In this document: one piece after another, positions 56,179-64,000 of the stretch
Layout: each line of letters opens with the position of its first letter
Position numbering within the stretch: the first letter of the stretch is position 1
Assembly: GCA_965178125.1 (NCBI GenBank)
Contig: OZ237767.1
Coordinates: forward strand, 682,001 to 746,000
Source: Bilabrum cf. latius
Taxonomy: Eukaryota
Length of the DNA: 64,000 bases
Reading direction: 5' to 3'
Program-made: the position numbers and the translations under genes
The notes under the pieces: generated by a model
What the model was told of the DNA's origin: nothing
The model's database searches: none
The model's input: the letters and a program-made list of their open reading frames with translations, nothing else

Positions 56179-59100
56179 ATGCCAAGCCATGTATCTGACA
56201 GCCTAAGGTTGCTTAAAGACCTATTTGACAGCCTAGGCAACGTTTCTGATTGTGCCAGCAAAGAGGATGCCGTTCAGCATGTACAGCGATGTATAAAGCG
56301 CGGCAAAATACTGCTTGCTCGCGCCTCGAAGCTGCACGCTGGCTGGGCCGCTGGTGAGGGGCCGGCTAAATCTTTGCGAAAGTAGGACACAACTCGACAA
56401 TCTCTTCTCGGATCAATTCGAACCGCTGTGTTGGATGGTTACGCCATTTCTAACACCGTTATCGGCGCGGAGCACAAGCCCAAGGAGACAGACATGTCCA
56501 CCGTGGGACTTGCCGTACAGAATCTTCAAGAAACGATGGCGACGCTGAGAAGCGAATCTGCGAGGATAGCTGCCCGATTATAGGCAGTAGTACAGGATAT
56601 CATGCCAGTACGACCTATAAGTGGCCATGTAGCGCCAGCGGAAGGACCACGGCACCACACGGGTGGCAGCATCGTGGACTCGGTGCACGAGCTGATGGAC
56701 GCCTCCACGGGGCTGCATGCACAGCTACATCGGGCTTAGTTGGCCGCATCAGAGGCTCGAATCAAGTCCGAAGCCTTGCTCTTGTCTGTTAGCGGCCCAT
56801 CAGGTCACCCAGCGGGGGTAACGGGGAGAAAGCGCCTGGAGGCCACCAACGGCGAAAATCCAGGCAGTCAATAGGCCGTCAAGAAAGCAGTCACGCAGTT
56901 GTAGCTAGCGACAGCAAGGGCCCGGGAGGCAGAGTCGAGCCATCGGGAGCTCGCCAAGTCGTTGCAGCGCGCCACCCGCGTCACGTCAAGAGGCGGGTCT
57001 GACGTTCTGGAGGAGCTCGTAGAGCTCGCCGGCAGGTGCGTGCGACTGGCTCCAGAAGACTCCGCCGCGATTCAGGCTGGCGTGCTGAGCCCGCGCCGTG
57101 CTCTTCAATTGGTTAACACGGAGCTCTCGGAGAGTCATCGGTTGCACGAATCCATGCGTAGCAAGCACGCGACCCTCCTGCGGCAGTCGAAGGAGCAAAT
57201 AGCTCGAGTGCTCGCACAGGCACGAGACCACACCAGGCATGTGGAGGACGTTGCTGTTCAACGCATGATCAAGCAACGCCAACAACTTTCTAATGCACTG
57301 GATATCAGAACGGAATAGCTTGTAAAATCACACAAGGCTGCGCGATCCTAGTCATGGAAAAGACGGTGCTTCGAAGCGCTTGCATCAACAGGTACAGGCA
57401 TACCCAACGGAGCATCACTCATTCGTCGGAATATTCACACGCAAAAACTAGTCCGAGATCTTCGGAGTGCTCGGCTTCAAGCACAGGATTGGGCTTCAAG
57501 ACTAAGGGACACGAACAAACAACTAGCACTTGAAGCGGTGCAGCGTCTGCGCAGTGGCGCTCGGGGTCGTGTGTTTGGTGCGTGGCGTGGCTGGTCGTAG
57601 GGCCGGGTGACAGCTCGGCGGGTGCTTCGTCGTCTGGTGAGCAGCCACACGCATGCTGGCTTGCTGGACGGATGGCGTCGCTGGCAGGCGTATGTGCGTG
57701 GTCAGCAGGAGGCGGAGCTGCGGGCGGAGCTGGGCCGGCAGGAGGAGGCACTCGTGACTGCTGGTCGGGATGCGGCCGATCAACTAGCATCTGAGCGGAA
57801 GCGACTGGCAGCTGAAGGGGACGATCGCATGCGGGAGGCTGAGAGTCGCTATGGGCAGATGCTGCAAGAGCGCGACGAGGACATCCGCCGCTTGCGGGAG
57901 CAGCTGCACGAGTCGGAGCAGTCGCATCGAGATGCCATTGCGGATCGGGAGTCGTCTGTGTCGGCGCTTCGGTCCGAGCTGGATGGGGCGGCTGCCCGGG
58001 AGCGCGCGCTGTAGCGGAAGCAGCGCCGGCTTGCGCTGGACGCGGTGCAGCGTCTGTGCAGTGGCGCTCGGGGTCGTGTGTTTGGTGCGTGGCGTGGCTG
58101 GTCGTAGGGCCGGGTGACAGCTCGGCGGGTGCTTCGTCGTCTGGTGAGCAGCCACACGCATGCTGGCTTGCTGGACGGATGGCGTCGCTGGCAGGCGTAT
58201 GTGCGTGGTCAGCAGGAGGCGGAGCTGCGGGCGGAGCTGGGCCGGCAGGAGGAGGCACTCGTGACTGCTGGTCGGGATGCGGCCGATCAACTAGCATCTG
58301 AGCGGAAGCGACTGGCAGCTGAAGGGGACGATCGCATGCGGGAGGCTGAGAGTCGCTATGGGCAGATGCTGCAAGAGCGCGACGAGGACATCCGCCGCTT
58401 GCGGGAGCAGCTGCACGAGTCGGAGCAGTCGCATCGAGATGCCATTGCGGATCGGGAGTCGTCTGTGTCGGCGCTTCGGTCCGAGCTGGATGGGGCGGCT
58501 GCCCGGGAGCGCGCGCTGTAGCGGAAGCAGCGCCGGCTTGCGCTGGACGCGGTGCAGCGTCTGCGCAGTGGCGCTCGGGGTCGTGTGTTTGGTGCGTGGC
58601 GTGGCTGGTCGTAGGGCCGGGTGACAGCTCGGCGGGTGCTTCGTCGTCTGGTGAGCAGCCACACGCATGCTGGCTTGCTGGACGGATGGCGTCGCTGGCA
58701 GGCGTATGTGCGTGGTCAGCAGGAGGCGGAGCTGCGGGCGGAGCTGGGCCGGCAGGAGGAGGCACTCGTGACTGCTGGTCGGGATGCGGCCGATCAACTA
58801 GCATCTGAGCGGAAGCGACTGGCAGCTGAAGGGGACGATCGCATGCGGGAGGCTGAGAGTCGCTATGGGCAGATGCTGCAAGAGCGCGACGAGGACATCC
58901 GCCGCTTGCGGGAGCAGCTGCACGAGTCGGAGCAGTCGCATCGAGATGCCATTGCGGATCGGGAGTCGTCTGTGTCGGCGCTTCGGTCCGAGCTGGATGG
59001 GGCGGCTGCCCGGGAGCGCGCGCTGTAGCGGAAGCAGCGCCGGCTTGCGCTGGACGCGGTGCAGCGTCTGCGCAGTGGCGCTCGGGGTCGTGTGTTTGGT

Positions 59101-62100
59101 GCGTGGCGTGGCTGGTCGTAGGGCCGGGTGACAGCTCGGCGGGTGCTTCGTCGTCTGGTGAGCAGCCACACGCATGCTGGCTTGCTGGACGGATGGCGTC
59201 GCTGGCAGGCGTATGTGCGTGGTCAGCAGGAGGCGGAGCTGCGGGCGGAGCTGGGCCGGCAGGAGGAGGCACTCGTGACTGCTGGTCGGGATGCGGCCGA
59301 TCAACTAGCATCTGAGCGGAAGCGACTGGCAGCTGAAGGGGACGATCGCATGCGGGAGGCTGAGAGTCGCTATGGGCAGATGCTGCAAGAGCGCGACGAG
59401 GACATCCGCCGCTTGCGGGAGCAGCTGCACGAGTCGGAGCAGTCGCATCGAGATGCCATTGCGGATCGGGAGTCGTCTGTGTCGGCGCTTCGGTCCGAGC
59501 TGGATGGGGCGGCTGCCCGGGAGCGCGCGCTGTAGCGGAAGCAGCGCCGGCTTGCGCTGGACGCGGTGCAGCGTCTGCGCAGTGGCGCTCGGGGTCGTGT
59601 GTTTGGTGCGTGGCGTGGCTGGTCGTAGGGCCGGGTGACAGCTCGGCGGGTGCTTCGTCGTCTGGTGAGCAGCCACACGCATGCTGGCTTGCTGGACGGA
59701 TGGCGTCGCTGGCAGGCGTATGTGCGTGGTCAGCAGGAGGCGGAGCTGCGGGCGGAGCTGGGCCGGCAGGAGGAGGCACTCGTGACTGCTGGTCGGGATG
59801 CGGCCGATCAACTAGCATCTGAGCGGAAGCGACTGGCAGCTGAAGGGGACGATCGCATGCGGGAGGCTGAGAGTCGCTATGGGCAGATGCTGCAAGAGCG
59901 CGACGAGGACATCCGCCGCTTGCGGGAGCAGCTGCACGAGTCGGAGCAGTCGCATCGAGATGCCATTGCGGATCGGGAGTCGTCTGTGTCGGCGCTTCGG
60001 TCCGAGCTGGATGGGGCGGCTGCCCGGGAGCGCGCGCTGTAGCGGAAGCAGCGCCGGCTTGCGCTGGACGCGGTGCAGCGTCTGCGCAGTGGCGCTCGGG
60101 GTCGTGTGTTTGGTGCGTGGCGTGGCTGGTCGTAGGGCCGGGTGACAGCTCGGCGGGTGCTTCGTCGTCTGGTGAGCAGCCACACGCATGCTGGCTTGCT
60201 GGACGGATGGCGTCGCTGGCAGGCGTATGTGCGTGGTCAGCAGGAGGCGGAGCTGCGGGCGGAGCTGGGCCGGCAGGAAGAGGCGCTGGAGGCTGTGCGT
60301 GCATCATCGAGTCGCGATCGCGCTGATGCTGACGCGGCCATGAGCCGTCGTTTGGAAGAGCACGCGCAGGCTGTGTCGGCGCTTCGGTCCGAGCTGGATG
60401 GGGCGGCTGCCCGGGAGCGCGCGCTGTAGCGGAAGCAGCGCCGGCTTGCGCTGGACGCGGTGCAGCGTCTGCGCAGTGGCGCTCGGGGTCGTGTGTTTGG
60501 TGCGTGGCGTGGCTGGTCGTAGGGCCGGGTGACAGCTCGGCGGGTGCTTCGTCGTCTGGTGAGCAGCCACACGCATGCTGGCTTGCTGGACGGATGGCGT
60601 CGCTGGCAGGCGTATGTGCGTGGTCAGCAGGAGGCGGAGCTGCGGGCGGAGCTGGGCAGGCAGGAGGAGGCACTCGTGACTGCTGGTCGGGATGCGGCCG
60701 ATCAACTAGCATCTGAGCGGAAGCGACTGGCAGCTGAAGGGGACGATCGCATGCGGGAGGCTGAGAGTCGCTATGGGCAGATGCTGCAAGAGCGCGACGA
60801 GGACATCCGCCGCTTGCGGGAGCAGCTGCACGAGTCGGAGCAGTCGCATCGAGATGCCATTGCGGATCGGGAGTCGTCTGTGTCGGCGCTTCGGTCCGAG
60901 CTGGATGGGGCGGCTGCCCGGGAGCGCGCGCTGTAGCGGAAGCAGCGCCGGCTTGCGCTGGACGCGGTGCAGCGTCTGCGCAGTGGCGCTCGGGGTCGTG
61001 TGTTTGGTGCGTGGCGTGGCTGGTCGTAGGGCCGGGTGACAGCTCGGCGGGTGCTTCGTCGTCTGGTGAGCAGCCACACGCATGCTGGTTTGCTGGACGG
61101 ATGGCGTCGCTGGCAGGCGTATGTGCGTGGTCAGCAGGAGGCGGAGCTGCGGGCGGAGCTGGGCAGGCAGGAGGAGGCGCTGGAGGCTGTGCGTGCATCA
61201 TCGAGTCGCGATCGCGCTGATGCTGACGCGGCCATGAGCCGTCGTTTGGAGGAGCACGCGCAGGCTGTGTCGGCGCTTCGGTCCGAGCTGGATGGGGCGG
61301 CTGCCCGGGAGCGCGCGCTGTAGCGGAAGCAGCGCCGGCTTGCGCTGGACGCGGTGCAGCGTCTGCGCAGTGGCGCTCGGGGTCGTGTGTTTGGTGCGTG
61401 GCGTGGCTGGTCGTAGGGCCGGGTGACAGCTCGGCGGGTGCTTCGTCGTCTGGTGAGCAGCCACACGCATGCTGGCTTGCTGGACGGATGGCGTCGCTGG
61501 CAGGCGTATGTGCGTGGTCAGCAGGAGGCGGAGCTGCGGGCGGAGCTGGGCCGGCAGGAGGAGGCACTCGTGACTGCTGGTCGGGATGCGGCCGATCAAC
61601 TAGCATCTGAGCGGAAGCGACTGGCAGCTGAAGGGGACGATCGCATGCGGGAGGCTGAGAGTCGCTATGGGCAGATGCTGCAAGAGCGCGACGAGGACAT
61701 CCGCCGCTTGCGGGAGCAGCTGCACGAGTCGGAGCAGTCGCATCGAGATGCCATTGCGGATCGGGAGTCGTCTGTGTCGGCGCTTCGGTCCGAGCTGGAT
61801 GGGGCGGCTGCCCGGGAGCGCGCGCTGTAGCGGAAGCAGCGCCGGCTTGCGCTGGACGCGGTGCAGCGTCTGCGCAGTGGCGCTCGGGGTCGTGTGTTTG
61901 GTGCGTGGCGTGGCTGGTCGTAGGGCCGGGTGACAGCTCGGCGGGTGCTTCGTCGTCTGGTGAGCAGCCACACGCATGCTGGCTTGCTGGACGGATGGCG
62001 TCGCTGGCAGGCGTATGTGCGTGGTCAGCAGGAGGCGGAGCTGCGGGCGGAGCTGGGCCGGCAGGAGGAGGCGCTGGAGGCTGTGCGTGCATCATCGAGT

Positions 62101-64000
62101 CGCGATCGCGCTGATGCTGACGCGGCCATGAGCCGTTGTTTGGAGGAGCACGCGCAGGCTGTGTCGGCGCTTCGGTCCGAGCTGGATGGGGCGGCTGCCC
62201 GGGAGCGCGCGCTGTAGCGGAAGCAGCGCCGGCTTGCGCTGGACGCGGTGCAGCGTCTGCGCAGTGGCGCTCGGGGTCGTGTGTTTGGTGCATGGCGTGG
62301 CTGGTCGTAGGGCCGGGTGACAGCTCGGCGGGTGCTTCGTCGTCTGGTGAGCAGCCACACGCATGCTGGTTTGCTGGACGGATGGCGTCGCTGGCAGGCG
62401 TATGTGCGTGGTCAGCAGGAGGCGGAGCTGCGGGCGGAGCTGGGCCGGCAGGAGGAGGCGCTGGAGGCTGTGCGTGCATCATCGAGTCGCGATCGCGCTG
62501 ATGCTGACGCGGCCATGAGCCGTTGTTTGGAGGAGCACGCGCAGGCTGTGTCGGCGCTTCGGTCCGAGCTGGATGGGGCGGCTGCCCGGGAGCGCGCGCT
62601 GTAGCGGAAGCAGCGCCGGCTTGCGCTGGACGCGGTGCAGCGTCTGCGCAGTGGCGCTCGGGGTCGTGTGTTTGGTGCGTGGCGTGGCTGGTCGTAGGGC
62701 CGGGTGACAGCTCGGCGGGTGCTTCGTCGTCTGGTGAGCAGCCACACGCATGCTGGCTTGCTGGACGGATGGCGTCGCTGGCAGGCGTATGTGCGTGGTC
62801 AGCAGGAGGCGGAGCTGCGGGCGGAGCTGGTCAGGCAGGAGGAGGCGCTGGAGGCTGTGCGTGCATCATCGAGTCGCGATCGCGCTGATGCTGACGCGGC
62901 CATGAGCCGTCGTTTGGAGGAGCACGCGCAGGCTGTGTCGGCGCTTCGGTCCGAGCTGGATGGGGCGGCTGCCCGGGAGCGCGCGCTGTAGCGGAAGCAG
63001 CGCCGGCTTGCGCTGGACGCGGTGCAGCGTCTGCGCAGTGGCGCTCGGGGTCGTGTGTTTGGTGCGTGGCGTGGCTGGTCGTAGGGCCGGGTGACAGCTC
63101 GGCGGGTGCTTCGTCGTCTGGTGAGCAGCCACACGCATGCTGGTTTGCTGGACGGATGGCGTCGCTGGCAGGCGTATGTGCGTGGTCAGCAGGAGGCGGA
63201 GCTGCGGGCGGAGCTGGGCCGGCAGGAGGAGGCACTCGTGACTGCTGGTCGGGATGCGGCCGATCAACTAGCATCTGAGCGGAAGCGACTGGCAGCTGAA
63301 GGGGACGATCGCATGCGGGAGGCTGAGAGTCGCTATGGGCAGATGCTGCAAGAGCGCGACGAGGACATCCGCCGCTTGCGGGAGAAGGTTCATTTTCGGA
63401 GTACATCTGGCAGCAGTATTCATCCGGCCGCTAAAGGCTCTTCTGTTTCCCTGCATGACTACCTAGCTTCGCTATCCGTAACCGAAGCGGAAGTCGGTGC
63501 GATCTTGTCAATTCTTCTTGTGCGTTTGAGAGAAGTTCAAACTTCTGCTGAGGCAGCGTTGGGTTCAATGAGCGTAGACCACGGGCGAATCGACTCATCC
63601 GGGATGTAGCTGATCCGGTCGCTGCACTCAAGCATGTCTGCCAAGTGCCAGGACGTGCAAAACGCGATCGAGCTGACAAGAGAATCGTTTGGCCGACTCA
63701 AGACAAGTTTGACGGATGATCATCACTCTCGTCAAGGTACAACGGCGACGTCTTCCATTTTGGCCATGCAGAAACATCATGCTGCGCTGTCGGTGCTTAG
63801 AGGCTAGATTGCCGAAGAGCAGGCTGCGAATCAGCTCCTTCGTTCAAGGATCCTAGCTGTGTCTGCTCCAACGCCAGATGCTTTATTTGAAGCAACATAG
63901 ACTGGTAGCAGGCCCTAGAGGGACGCGGCAAAGGCCATTGGCGAGCTGATCGACGCCGAGGTGCAGCTCAGGGCAGCCGTCTCAGCTGCGCATGCCTACA
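56179..64000 (+). CDS. Giant Sfi1-like repeat/coiled-coil protein (>2,600 aa), 3'-truncated, more than 30 in-frame TAGs
   Basis: One frame runs from ATG 56179 to the window end with no TAA/TGA. It carries repeated VFGAWRGW and LLDGWRRW motifs and is homologous to the repeat at 34083-35072. The start is approximate. Confidence 0.8.
57533..63382 (+). repeat. Coding tandem array of 13 units of two types, A=507 bp and B=387 bp, order AAAAABABABBBA'
   Basis: Equivalent positions fall at 57607, 58114, 58621, 59128, 59635, 60142, 60529, 61036, 61423, 61930, 62317, 62704 and 63091. Units are nearly identical and both lengths are divisible by 3. Confidence 0.95.

Noticed and set aside
57419-62482. 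1687-aa minus-strand Pro/Ala/His-rich ORF
   Set aside because: It is the antisense shadow of the GC-rich tandem array. The + frame has coiled-coil/Sfi1 character, a paralog in the window, and continues into unique flanks.

Overview
GC-rich, gene-dense, intron-poor nuclear DNA of a flagellated microbial eukaryote. It resembles a heterotrophic stramenopile such as a bicosoecid, but that is an impression only. The main result is a non-standard nuclear genetic code: TAG is a sense codon, most likely Gln, while TAA and TGA remain stops. Read this way, the fragmented ORF track collapses into about 10 long genes, and every complete one ends in TAA or TGA. They are: the 3' part of a DNAH2-like dynein heavy chain (<1-5650); a ~4,200-aa unknown multi-pass membrane protein (minus, 5863-~18674); a HECT E3 ligase (minus, 18865-~23283); a membrane-anchored EGF/mucin/ELWxxDGT-repeat protein with phase-0 micro-exons and an intronic (CCTG)n tract (minus, 23601-~27037); a ~3,450-aa coiled-coil/Sfi1-like protein (27762-38105); SFT2 (38368-39129); two tandem paralogous small membrane proteins plus a partial copy (39372-41829); a full-length DNAH1-like dynein heavy chain with 14 in-frame TAGs (42322-56014); and a giant Sfi1-like repeat protein with a 507/387-bp tandem array that runs off the window (56179->64000). 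Three paralog pairs inside the window align TAG against CAG/CAA. All counts are by hand and no database searches were run.
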